NCBI GenBank assembly: GCA_041674405.1 | Contig: JBAYVT010000001.1 | Span: 218,827-250,826 of the forward strand | From: Patescibacteria group bacterium | Lineage (GTDB): Bacteria; Patescibacteriota; UBA1384; XYA2-FULL-43-10 | Direction: 5' to 3' | Length of the DNA stretch: 32,000 nucleotides | In this document: one piece after another, positions 10,118 to 18,474 of the stretch | Layout: each line of letters begins with the position of its first letter | How positions within the stretch are numbered: position 1 is the stretch's first letter | Notes under the pieces: generated by a model | Database searches by the model: none | Seen by the model: only the letters and a program-made list of their open reading frames with translations | What the model was told of the DNA's origin: nothing | Translations under genes and position numbers: made by a program

Positions 10118-11316
10118 AAAGTCAAAACCGCCTGCCCTTTTATCTAACTTTAAAATATCTACAGCGAGGAAAAAAGTGGACATTATTCCTTACCGTTTTT
10201 CTGGTGGCTATTGCTTTTGTCAACTTGTTGTTCATCTCCTCTTTGTTTAACGGTATTATAAAAGGCACTAACGAACAAATTATTAACACCATGACTGGCA
10301 ATATTTATATCGCTCCCAAAGAGGGGGAAGAGTTTATAAGCAATAAAACCAAAAATGTTAATACTTTACGTTCGATTGATGGGGTTATTGGTGTAAGCGC
10401 TCAAGCCCAACTGCCGGCACGGCTTGAGTATAAAAAAATTTCCGGCAATTGGCAGGTGTTAGCCATAAAGCCAGGTGATGAGGCGCAAGTCACTAATACC
10501 TCACAAAAAATGATCGCTGGCCGTTATCTTGAGGAGAATGATGAAGATGGCATTATTTTAGGCCAGCAAATTGCCGGCGGCGACGGGGTAGAACAAAATG
10601 CATTTTCCCTCAAAGGCGCAAAAGTCGGCGAAAAAGTTAAATTAATTTTCAATAATCAATCATATGAGTTTACAATTCGCGGAATTTTTAAAACAAAATT
10701 TCTTAACGCCGATGAACAGGCTTTTATTACGCAAAAAGCTTTTGAAAAATTACTCCCGGAGATCGACGATAAAACAAGTACGATTATTATAAAAGTTGCG
10801 AATAATCATGACGAAGATACGGTAATTTCCAGTATTAAGGATAAAAACATTGACGGCAATGTCTATACTTGGCGCGAGGTTGCTGGACTAATGAAATCAG
10901 TAAGCGAAAGTTTTTCAAGTATTAATGTTATCATGACCTTTGTTGGCATATTAATTGCCGCTGTCACCATTTTTATAGTTATATATGTGGACATTATCAA
11001 CAAGCGAAAACAAATCGGCATTTTACGAGCCATTGGTATTCGGCCATACATCATTATTTTTAGTTATGTAATTTTATCGGCCGTTTATTCGGTAATAGGG
11101 GTTTTGCTCGGCACGGCCATATTTTTTGCAATCCTGACACCTTATTTTATAGCTCATCCATTTCAAATTCCAATAACGGATGTTGTTCTTGCCCTAGATA
11201 AAGTTGATTTTATTGCTCGCGCCGAAGCGGTAATGTGGGTTTCTGTATTTTCTGGTTTAATTCCGGCGGCAGTTGTTACTCGGACTAAAATGCTCGATGC
11301 GATTCTAGGGAGATAA
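10114..11316 (+). CDS. FtsX-like ABC transporter permease
   Basis: Overlaps the ATPase by 4 nt; MacB-PCD/FtsX architecture with KRKQIGILRAIGIRPYIIIFSYVI. Confidence 0.93.
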   Translation: MKSQNRLPFYLTLKYLQRGKKWTLFLTVFLVAIAFVNLLFISSLFNGIIKGTNEQIINTMTGNIYIAPKEGEEFISNKTKNVNTLRSIDGVIGVSAQAQLPARLEYKKISGNWQVLAIKPGDEAQVTNTSQKMIAGRYLEENDEDGIILGQQIAGGDGVEQNAFSLKGAKVGEKVKLIFNNQSYEFTIRGIFKTKFLNADEQAFITQKAFEKLLPEIDDKTSTIIIKVANNHDEDTVISSIKDKNIDGNVYTWREVAGLMKSVSESFSSINVIMTFVGILIAAVTIFIVIYVDIINKRKQIGILRAIGIRPYIIIFSYVILSAVYSVIGVLLGTAIFFAILTPYFIAHPFQIPITDVVLALDKVDFIARAEAVMWVSVFSGLIPAAVVTRTKMLDAILGR

Positions 11317-11338
11317 TGATTTCAACAATTAAAAGGGA

Positions 11339-11374
11339 ATAATAAAAACACCAATTTGTTGGTGTTTTTATTAT
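11339..11374. terminator. Bidirectional intrinsic terminator
   Basis: ATAATAAAAACACCAA-TTTG-TTGGTGTTTTTATTAT perfect 16-bp inverted repeat. Confidence 0.9.
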
Positions 11375-11490
11375 GGTTCGGGGATAGGGATTTCGGGCAT
11401 TCGCGCTGCTCACTTCTAAAAACCCTCGGTTTTTAGTGTTTTCCGCCAGCGGGAGACCAATTGTTCTCCCGACCCCTCTCTCGTCCGAAC
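11374..11490 (-). ncRNA. Structured tRNA-like/CCA-ended element of unknown function
   Basis: Shares 19 nt with the 3' end of tRNA-Gln (including CCA), but has no matching 5' acceptor or anticodon arm. Internal hairpins CGGGAGA/TCTCCCG and CTAAAAACC/GGTTTTTAG. GGTTCGG/CCGAACC can close the two ends. Confidence 0.35.
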
Positions 11491-11545
11491 CCCATATATA
11501 ACCACCCAAAAGAAAAACGACCACCAAAAGGTGATCATTTTTCTT

Positions 11546-11619
11546 TGGTTCGGGGATAGGGATTCGGACCCCAATTCTTTGGACCAAAACCAAATGTCCT
11601 GCCATTAGACGATCCCCGA
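11546..11619 (-). tRNA. tRNA-Gln (anticodon TTG)
   Basis: TCGGGGATCGTCTAATGGCAGGACATTTGGTTTTGGTCCAAAGAATTGGGGTCCGAATCCCTATCCCCGAACCA folds as a full cloverleaf with encoded CCA. Confidence 0.96.
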
Positions 11620-11795
11620 ATATCAAATTCTAATCCAAAACCCAGCTCCCAAACTTATCGTTTGCAAGCATTAGCATACCCGAAATCACTCGCATTTTCA
11701 ACTAAAACACCCCAGCGTAAGCCGAGGTGTTACCCATTACAGGTCTCCCTGAATTGGGCCATAATTTGCGTTCGCTGGGGCTGTTTTAGGCTTTA

Positions 11796-12112
11796 TGAAG
11801 CATCCAATAAGCCGGGTTTTGTATAACGATAGCAATCTATCTACGCGTGGAGACCGCAGGTCACCTTCCGAGTCGGAATTGATGTCAGGCGGTCCACTCC
11901 ACTTGCACCGAGCTAGGCTTGCCACAGACGCACATTGCTGTACGAACGCGTGAGCTCTTACCTCACGATTTCAACCTTACCGGTCTTGCGACTTAGGCGG
12001 TATATTTTCTGTTGCGCTGTTCTCAGAGCTTTCACCCTGCTTGTTTTCACAAGCGCTCCACTCTGCGGTGCCCGGACTTTCCTCCCTTGCGGGTAGCTAT
12101 CTAGAATGCTTT
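11796..12112 (-). ncRNA. rnpB: RNase P RNA, bacterial type A
   Basis: GAGGAAAGTCCGGGCACCGCAGAG near the 5' end, ACAAAACCCGGCTTAT near the 3' end, P1 pairing AGCATTC/GGATGCT. Confidence 0.96.
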
Positions 12113-12124
12113 TAAAGCATTAAT

Positions 12125-12153
12125 ATTGTATCCGAAAATGACCAAAAAGTCAA
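12125..12153 (-). promoter_or_regulatory. rnpB promoter
   Basis: Minus strand TTGACT - 17 nt - TACAAT immediately upstream of rnpB. Confidence 0.85.
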
Positions 12154-12180
12154 TGTTTAAGGGTTGGAACTCACAAAAAG

Positions 12181-12202
12181 ATTATCTTATATTAAAATAT
12201 TT
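12181..12202. repeat. Left copy of 22-bp direct repeat flanking the HD-methyltransferase cassette
   Basis: ATTATCTTATATTAAAATATTT, identical to 13557..13578. Confidence 0.85.
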
Positions 12203-12237
12203 AAATTATAGGATATTGATACAAAATTTTAGTTTTA

Positions 12238-12273
12238 ACCGAAGGCGCCAGGCCGCAAGGCCTGGCGCTCGGT
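12238..12273 (-). terminator. Terminator-like hairpin of the HD-methyltransferase gene
   Basis: GCGCCAGGCC-GCAA-GGCCTGGCGC extended by ACCGA/TCGGT. Confidence 0.7.
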
Positions 12274-12278
12274 GATAC

Positions 12279-13385
12279 TTAGTTGGTTCGGCCGAAAATC
12301 AGCCGGAAGGCTTCCGGGTCAACGCACGGATAGCCAGAAAAGTCGAAGTCGTGGTCTTCTGCGATCAGCGAGAAGCCTGGGAGCATCGCTTCGATCTGTC
12401 GACTTGCGACCTCGATGCTGTCTGCACCATAGGTCGGCGTGTAGCTCTCGATGACCTCGAGTCGCCCATCGCTTAAAGACAATACTCGGAGGAGTTCCTG
12501 TGGGCTGAGCGCATCGGGGCAGCGTAGTGCTACGTTCGCCATCACGATATCGCCAGCATCATCCGGAATCGGCAGTGCGTCCGCCGTCCCGGGCAAGATA
12601 ATCTCTGGGGCGGAGTTGCGCAGCTTGGCCGTCTCGACAGAAAGCACAGCCGCGACTTTGCGATCTGCCTGTGAGGGTTCGACGCCGATGATCAGCTCAA
12701 GCGGAGTATGTTTCCGAAAGAGGCTGATTGGCAGTCTGCCGGGCCCAATCTCTATAAGGACCTTTGGCTCCTCGCCGCGCTCCGCACAAAGCACACCGTA
12801 GTTGCGAATGATGTTTCTCGCTACATTGGTGTGCCATTCGCTGGCATGGTTCGTGCCCCAGTACTGGGGAGTGAGCCTGATCTCCGGCCAGAGATAGGCC
12901 ACCATTCCATGGAGATTCGGCCAGAAGAAGTCCCAGCCACCCTCAAAGCCGAACTCGGCCGCGAGTTTGTCGAAGTCCTCGCGAAAATCCGAGTACGCGC
13001 CAGCCATCCGTGATAGGTCGGCAGCACGCAAGATTTTCGCCTCGACGGTGACCGGCATGACGCCAGCATTGGTAGGTTTGATCGCATCGATCACTGCGGC
13101 GATCATGTGCTCCAGGTAGCCAAGTTTCCGCATCTCCTCGGCAGCCACCTTGGCACTCAGCTCCTCAGGAGTCGAGCACCCGAATTCTCGCGGATCCTTG
13201 CCAAACAACGCATCATGGAAAAGCGCTGCCCAGACAAGGACCTCAATCGAGACGTGGATGCCGCAATGTCGGCATCGTTCTGCAAGCATGAAGGCAGTTG
13301 CGCAGACCCCCTGAGCATGCCTCCAATTATGGTACGGCCGCATGGTGTAATACGGCCAAGCCAATTTCTCGATGAATCCCAGCAT
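12279..13385 (-). CDS. HD-domain phosphohydrolase fused to a SAM-methyltransferase-like domain
   Basis: YHNWRHAQGV...AALFHDALFG (HD) followed by VLIEIGPGRLPISLF...IIGVEPS (methyltransferase motif I-like). SD AAGGGGG upstream of ATG at 13385. Confidence 0.8.
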   Translation of the reverse strand: MLGFIEKLAWPYYTMRPYHNWRHAQGVCATAFMLAERCRHCGIHVSIEVLVWAALFHDALFGKDPREFGCSTPEELSAKVAAEEMRKLGYLEHMIAAVIDAIKPTNAGVMPVTVEAKILRAADLSRMAGAYSDFREDFDKLAAEFGFEGGWDFFWPNLHGMVAYLWPEIRLTPQYWGTNHASEWHTNVARNIIRNYGVLCAERGEEPKVLIEIGPGRLPISLFRKHTPLELIIGVEPSQADRKVAAVLSVETAKLRNSAPEIILPGTADALPIPDDAGDIVMANVALRCPDALSPQELLRVLSLSDGRLEVIESYTPTYGADSIEVASRQIEAMLPGFSLIAEDHDFDFSGYPCVDPEAFRLIFGRTN

Positions 13386-13497
13386 CTTGGTCCCCCTTGT
13401 GTACAAGCCTGAATTTCGAGCAGTGCTAGATTAACACAAAAAACATGTTCCGTAAATTATCCAAACATTAGTACATCCATCCAAATCTTATTATTCC

Positions 13498-13541
13498 AAA
13501 CGTAACAATTTCTCCGCGACCGCGGAGAAATTGTTACGTTT
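13498..13541. repeat. 44-bp near-perfect palindrome (21-bp arms)
   Basis: AAACGTAACAATTTCTCCGCG-AC-CGCGGAGAAATTGTTACGTTT. Confidence 0.95.
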
Positions 13542-13556
13542 TTATTTCTAAAACAA

Positions 13557-13578
13557 ATTATCTTATATTAAAATATTT
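13557..13578. repeat. Right copy of 22-bp direct repeat
   Basis: Identical to 12181..12202. Confidence 0.85.
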
Positions 13579-13604
13579 TTATCAAATAAGTACAAAAAAG
13601 TGAT

Positions 13605-14030
13605 TTATTTAATCATTTTCTTTAGATAAATATCTACTGGCTCCTTCGTGGTTTGGGTAAGCTTTTTGGGAAGTTTATCCGGTGGGAACCATCTCATATC
13701 CTCGTGCTTATTCGGTTCCATATTTTTTGGTTCCTGGCCGTCTCGGATTTTTGCCAGGTGGTGGATCGCCACCCAATGCTGACCTTCAATTATATGGTCC
13801 GTGTATCCTAGACACTCTAAGATATCAATATCGACTCCAATTTCCTCACGAATCTCTCGCTTTAGCATCTCTTCAACTGTTTCACCAAATTCAACCGTGC
13901 CGCCGGGCTTCGTCCAAAAACCGGCATCGTTATTGCTTTTTGACGTTCGTTTTAATAATAGAATTTCGTTGTTGTCATTGACAATTAAGGCACCGCCACC
14001 AACTCCGATGAAGTCTTTCCCTGGTTTTAT
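13605..14030 (-). CDS. NUDIX hydrolase, non-canonical start (AUA proposed)
   Basis: NUDIX box GGTVEFGETVEEMLKREIREEIG; the frame reads IKPGKDFIGVGGGALIVNDNNEILLLKRTSKSNNDAGFWTKPGG upstream of the track start at 13868, and AAGGAG precedes ATA by 5 nt. Confidence 0.8.
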   Translation of the reverse strand: MKPGKDFIGVGGGALIVNDNNEILLLKRTSKSNNDAGFWTKPGGTVEFGETVEEMLKREIREEIGVDIDILECLGYTDHIIEGQHWVAIHHLAKIRDGQEPKNMEPNKHEDMRWFPPDKLPKKLTQTTKEPVDIYLKKMIK

Positions 14031-14032
14031 TT

Positions 14033-15757
14033 TTACTCCTTGACTTCTTTAATAACCGCAGATAAATCTTCTTGCCCTTTGTCGCCTTCGCCATATTTAC
14101 GGACAGCGACTTTTTCAGCCTCGATTTCTTTGTCGCCGACAATAAGCATATATGGGATTTTTTGCATCTCGGCTTCGCGAATTTTTTTGCCGATCGATTC
14201 AGTACGATCATCAACCTTAACTCGAATTCCGGCTTCATTGAGCTCCTTTTCGATTTTTGCGGCGTAGTCCAAATGTTTATCGGAGATTGGCAACACAATA
14301 GCCTGGACAGGAGCGAGCCATGTCGGAAATGCGCCGGCAACATTCTCGATATATATACCAAGAAAACGCTCGATTGCCCCATAAATCACGCGATGGATCA
14401 TTACAGGACGGACTTTTTCACCTTTTTCATCAATATAGGTCAAGTCGAATGTTTCCGGATTGGCAAAGTCAAGCTGTATTGTGCCGCACTGCCATGTGCG
14501 ACCGATAGCATCCTTTAGATGAAAATCAAATTTCGGGCCATAGAATGCTCCATCACCTTCATTAACTTTATGTTCGATTTTGTTTTCAGCAAGAATTTCC
14601 TTCATTGTCGATTCTGCCTTTTCCCAAACCTCATCCGAACCGACTGACTTTTCCGGCCTTGTTGAAAGCTCAATATGATCAACTTTCATGCCAAATTTCT
14701 CATACATTTCAAAACATAAATCAAATACCTTTTTGATTTCTTCCTTTACCTGATCAGGCCGGCAATAGATGTGGGCATCATCTTGTGTAAACTGGCGAAG
14801 GCGCATAAGCCCATGGACTTCGCCCGAACCTTCGTAGCGGTGGACCAAGCCAATCTCCCCCATCTTTACCGGCAGATCTCGGTATGAATGAACCTTAGTC
14901 CTGTAAATCAGCATACCGCCGATGCAGTTCATTGGCTTTACAGCATAGGAATAATCTTTTTCATCGGGAGTTCTGGCTAAATACATTCTTTCGGCATAGT
15001 TTTTCATGTGTCCGCTCTGCTCCCAGACTTCTTTTAGCATCATGATTGGGGTATTTACCTCTTCGTATCTCTCACGGCGATGAACCTGCCGCCAATACTC
15101 GAGCATTTTTTGAAATACAATCCAGCCATTATCATGCCAAAAAACAAAGTTTGGTCCTTCCTTGTGAAACGAAAAGAGATCCAGCTCCGTGGCAAGTTTG
15201 CGGTGATCGCGCTTCTCAGCTTCCAGTATGATTTCTTCATACTTTTTAAGCTCAGACTCGTTTTCAAACGCAAGAGCATATATCCTCTGTAGCATTTTGT
15301 TTTTCTCACTACCTCGCCAATAAGCACCGGCAATTTTATCAAGCTTAAAACCAACATTTTTGAGATCAGAGGTTGTATCAACGTGAGGACCAGCACAAAG
15401 ATCGACAAATTCTCCTGTTTTGTAAAGTGAAACTTTGTCATTGCCACTACTCTTCAAATCTTTAATCAACTCCAATTTGTAATTTTGTTTGTCAAATTTT
15501 TCAATTGCTTGGCTTATTTCCACTTCTGATTTTTCAAAGGCAAGATTCTTTTCAATAATCTCGCGCATTTTTTTCTCAAGTTTTGGCAAATCCTCCGGCA
15601 CCAAAGCTCGGGGCAAGTCAAAATCATAATAAAAGCCATTTTCAATCGCCGGACCAATACCAAGTTTTGCATCAGGGAACATCTCAAGTACTGCCATCGC
15701 CAGTACATGGCTCAGCGAATGCCTCATGGTTTCAAGTTCAAATTTTTTTTCAGCCAT
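14033..15757 (-). CDS. thrS: Threonyl-tRNA synthetase (no N-terminal TGS domain apparent)
   Basis: MRHSLSHVLAMAVLEMFP, class II core (MNCIGGMLIYR...YRDLPVKMGEIGLVHRYE), HRVIYGAIERFLGI, anticodon-binding domain. Confidence 0.97.
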   Translation of the reverse strand: MAEKKFELETMRHSLSHVLAMAVLEMFPDAKLGIGPAIENGFYYDFDLPRALVPEDLPKLEKKMREIIEKNLAFEKSEVEISQAIEKFDKQNYKLELIKDLKSSGNDKVSLYKTGEFVDLCAGPHVDTTSDLKNVGFKLDKIAGAYWRGSEKNKMLQRIYALAFENESELKKYEEIILEAEKRDHRKLATELDLFSFHKEGPNFVFWHDNGWIVFQKMLEYWRQVHRRERYEEVNTPIMMLKEVWEQSGHMKNYAERMYLARTPDEKDYSYAVKPMNCIGGMLIYRTKVHSYRDLPVKMGEIGLVHRYEGSGEVHGLMRLRQFTQDDAHIYCRPDQVKEEIKKVFDLCFEMYEKFGMKVDHIELSTRPEKSVGSDEVWEKAESTMKEILAENKIEHKVNEGDGAFYGPKFDFHLKDAIGRTWQCGTIQLDFANPETFDLTYIDEKGEKVRPVMIHRVIYGAIERFLGIYIENVAGAFPTWLAPVQAIVLPISDKHLDYAAKIEKELNEAGIRVKVDDRTESIGKKIREAEMQKIPYMLIVGDKEIEAEKVAVRKYGEGDKGQEDLSAVIKEVKE

Positions 15758-15815
15758 ATAAACTCCAATATTACTTGTTAATCATATTGTAACAAAAATC
15801 AAACGGTTTAACTTT

Positions 15816-16274
15816 TTATTTTATTAGACCCAATCTTTCAAATAATTCAATCGATGGTGGGGTTAGTTTAATTTTGTCTAGTTCCGAGATATCAGCCCAT
15901 TGAAATATTTCAAGATCGTCGCCAATTTTTACCAAAATCTCACTCGCGTCTTCACTTGCCGATACCTTAAAAACATTGAAAGACATTGTGCACAAGACTT
16001 TTTCTCCGGTTGTTCGCAACGTTTTTTCCGACTCGCCAATTCCTTTGTCATCAATCAATTCAATGCTGTAATTCTTAATATTGATTCCTGTTTCCTCTGA
16101 AATTTCTCTCCGAAGTGCCGTCTCAAAATTTTCATCTTCATCCACGCCTCCTCCCGGAAGATGCCAAAAGTCCACGTAAACTCCGCCTCCGTGAGCGTGT
16201 TTTTTACCAAGAAATATTTTTTTATCTTTTGAAATAATCATTGCGGAGACTATTTCACGATGGATTGTGCGCAT
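15816..16274 (-). CDS. NUDIX hydrolase
   Basis: FWHLPGGGVDEDENFETALRREISEETGINI. Confidence 0.95.
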   Translation of the reverse strand: MRTIHREIVSAMIISKDKKIFLGKKHAHGGGVYVDFWHLPGGGVDEDENFETALRREISEETGINIKNYSIELIDDKGIGESEKTLRTTGEKVLCTMSFNVFKVSASEDASEILVKIGDDLEIFQWADISELDKIKLTPPSIELFERLGLIK

Positions 16275-16297
16275 TGTATTGATATTAAACTAAATAA

Positions 16298-16353
16298 AAA
16301 GACCAATTATCTCGAGACCCCAAACTTTGGGGGGTTCCATCTCGATATGGTCT
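16298..16353 (-). terminator. Long compound hairpin with U-tract on the minus strand
   Basis: AAAGACC/GGTCTTT outer stem and ACCCCAAA/TTTGGGGT inner stem, followed on the minus strand by TTTTTATTTAG. Confidence 0.7.
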
Positions 16354-16472
16354 TTATTTGCCGATTCGTTTCGGCTTACGCTGTTTCTCGCCGGTTGGTG
16401 AATCCGGGTCACTAAAACAGATTAATTGACATTAGTTTAACACATTTAGATAAGAACGTAAATATCTTCAGA

Positions 16473-17720
16473 TTATTTCGTTATTCCCGGCACCGGAAAA
16501 ACTTTTGTCATTTCTGCGACTTCCTTTTTGATTTCGGCAAGCTTTGATTCATTATTCATATTTTCAGCAACTATATTGAATAATTCAGCGATTCGCTGCA
16601 TCTCTCCTGCTCCCATGCCACGAGTTGTCAGAGCGGCGGTGCCAACACGGATTCCAGAAGTGACCTTTGGGGGATTTGGATCATTCGGGACGGCATTTTT
16701 GTTTACCGTAATGCCGGCTTTGTCGAGCGCGACTTCGAATTCCTTACCGGTGATTTTTTTGCTCTGTAAATCAACCAAAATTAAATGATTATCCGTACCA
16801 CCTGTTACCAAATCAAAGTCTAAGCTCATCAGGGTTTTGGCAAAAGTCTGCATATTGTCGAGGACTTTACCAATATACTCTTTAAATTCAGGCTTCAATG
16901 CTTCACCAAAAGCAACTGCCTTAGCGGCGATAATATGCTCAAGCGGACCTCCTTGAATACCCGGGAAAATCGTTTTGTTGATTTTTTTTGAGAGCTCCTC
17001 GTTATTGGTCATGATAATTCCTGACCTAGGGCCTCGCAAAGTTTTGTGAGTTGTTGAGGTAACAATATCTGCAACTCCAACAGGGGATTCGTGGTAGCCC
17101 GTCGCAACGAGACCAGCGATATGGGCAATGTCTGCAAATAAAAGTGCACCGACTGAGTTTGCAATTTCGCGAAATTTTTTAAAATCCAGCTTTCGCGGGT
17201 ATGCAGAGTATCCACACATGATCACTTGTGGCTTAGCTTCTTTTGCTAATTCAGCAATTTGATTATAATCAAGCACTCCTGTTTCTGGGTTCAGACCATA
17301 AGAATAGGATTCAAAAAACTTACCCGAAAATGAAACCTTTGATCCGTGGGTCAAGTGCCCGCCGGCATCAAGCGATTGGCCCATAATTTTATCACCCGGT
17401 TTCAAGGTGGCAAAATACGCCGCCATATTAGCGCTGGAACCAGAATGCGGTTGGACATTGGCAAATTTGCAGCCGAATAATTTTTTAAGCCGATCAATAG
17501 CCAGGTTTTCGGCTTGATCGATAAACTCACAGCCGCCGTAATACCGTGCGCCGGGATAACCTTCGGCATATTTATTGGTTAAAACCGAGCCTTGTGCTTC
17601 AAGCACTGCTTTTGATGGATAATTTTCAGACGCAATCATCTCAAGCCCTTCAGTCTGGCGCCTCTCTTCACAACGGATGATGTCATACATTTCTTTGTCG
17701 TTTTTTTCAAGCTCGGTCAT
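16473..17720 (-). CDS. glyA: Serine hydroxymethyltransferase
   Basis: [41 protein letters not shown]; [19 protein letters not shown]. Confidence 0.98.
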   Translation of the reverse strand: MTELEKNDKEMYDIIRCEERRQTEGLEMIASENYPSKAVLEAQGSVLTNKYAEGYPGARYYGGCEFIDQAENLAIDRLKKLFGCKFANVQPHSGSSANMAAYFATLKPGDKIMGQSLDAGGHLTHGSKVSFSGKFFESYSYGLNPETGVLDYNQIAELAKEAKPQVIMCGYSAYPRKLDFKKFREIANSVGALLFADIAHIAGLVATGYHESPVGVADIVTSTTHKTLRGPRSGIIMTNNEELSKKINKTIFPGIQGGPLEHIIAAKAVAFGEALKPEFKEYIGKVLDNMQTFAKTLMSLDFDLVTGGTDNHLILVDLQSKKITGKEFEVALDKAGITVNKNAVPNDPNPPKVTSGIRVGTAALTTRGMGAGEMQRIAELFNIVAENMNNESKLAEIKKEVAEMTKVFPVPGITK

Positions 17721-18373
17721 TTTTCCTCCAATTCATGATATTCAATTAACTCTTTTTTAAATTCACTATAAAATCTTTTTAAGAACAAATTCCTGCGCCG
17801 TGCAATTTTCTTGGAATACGCAAAATGCAATTTATCCCATTTTATCATCGGATCTCTTCTGATTTGATCCAGCAGGCTATGATTCAGCCATATTTCTTCA
17901 TCTTTTGGTACCGGTTTGTCAGTATATATTGGGAAACCTCTCTCGCCGAAGTAATATGCCAATCGCGCTATGCCGATTGCGCCAAGCATTTCAATTTTAT
18001 CGGCATCTTGCAAAATCCTTACTTCATCTTTGTCTGATTTTTCAGCTTTATCTCCCTCATGATAGTTGTCGTGCAATTTAATAACTTCTAGAACAGCAGC
18101 AATTTTTTTCTTCGGGAAGCCAACTTCCGGCAGCCATTTTTCTGCTATTTCCATGCCATATTTGTAGTGGTGCCAATCGTCATCTTCATGATGCATAAAA
18201 CCAATATCATGCATTAGGCATGCTGCTTCCAAAATTTCCGTATCACAAGGAACTTTTGCTGCAATTTTAAGCGCGTTATCCCGCACTCGAGTTAAATGGA
18301 AAAAATCATGACAGGCAGTATATCCTTCCAGATACTTCTTGATCTTTTTTTCCAAATCCTTTTGCCAGCTCAT
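17717..18373 (-). CDS. HD-domain phosphohydrolase
   Basis: [18 protein letters not shown]...[10 protein letters not shown]; 4-nt ATGA overlap with glyA. Confidence 0.92.
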   Translation of the reverse strand: MSWQKDLEKKIKKYLEGYTACHDFFHLTRVRDNALKIAAKVPCDTEILEAACLMHDIGFMHHEDDDWHHYKYGMEIAEKWLPEVGFPKKKIAAVLEVIKLHDNYHEGDKAEKSDKDEVRILQDADKIEMLGAIGIARLAYYFGERGFPIYTDKPVPKDEEIWLNHSLLDQIRRDPMIKWDKLHFAYSKKIARRRNLFLKRFYSEFKKELIEYHELEEK

Positions 18374-18474
18374 GTATTTCCTTGGAGTTACATGAATATT
18401 ATAACCAGATCAGGCAATTTCTGCCACAGAAAATGAAAATATATGAGCTTTCTATGTAGTTATTAATCAGAAAT

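Noticed and set aside
11285-11626. Minus-strand 113-aa ORF
   Set aside because: Runs across the tRNA-Gln, the tRNA-like element and two terminators; not a plausible protein.
11737-11925. Minus-strand 62-aa ORF
   Set aside because: Lies largely within RNase P RNA.
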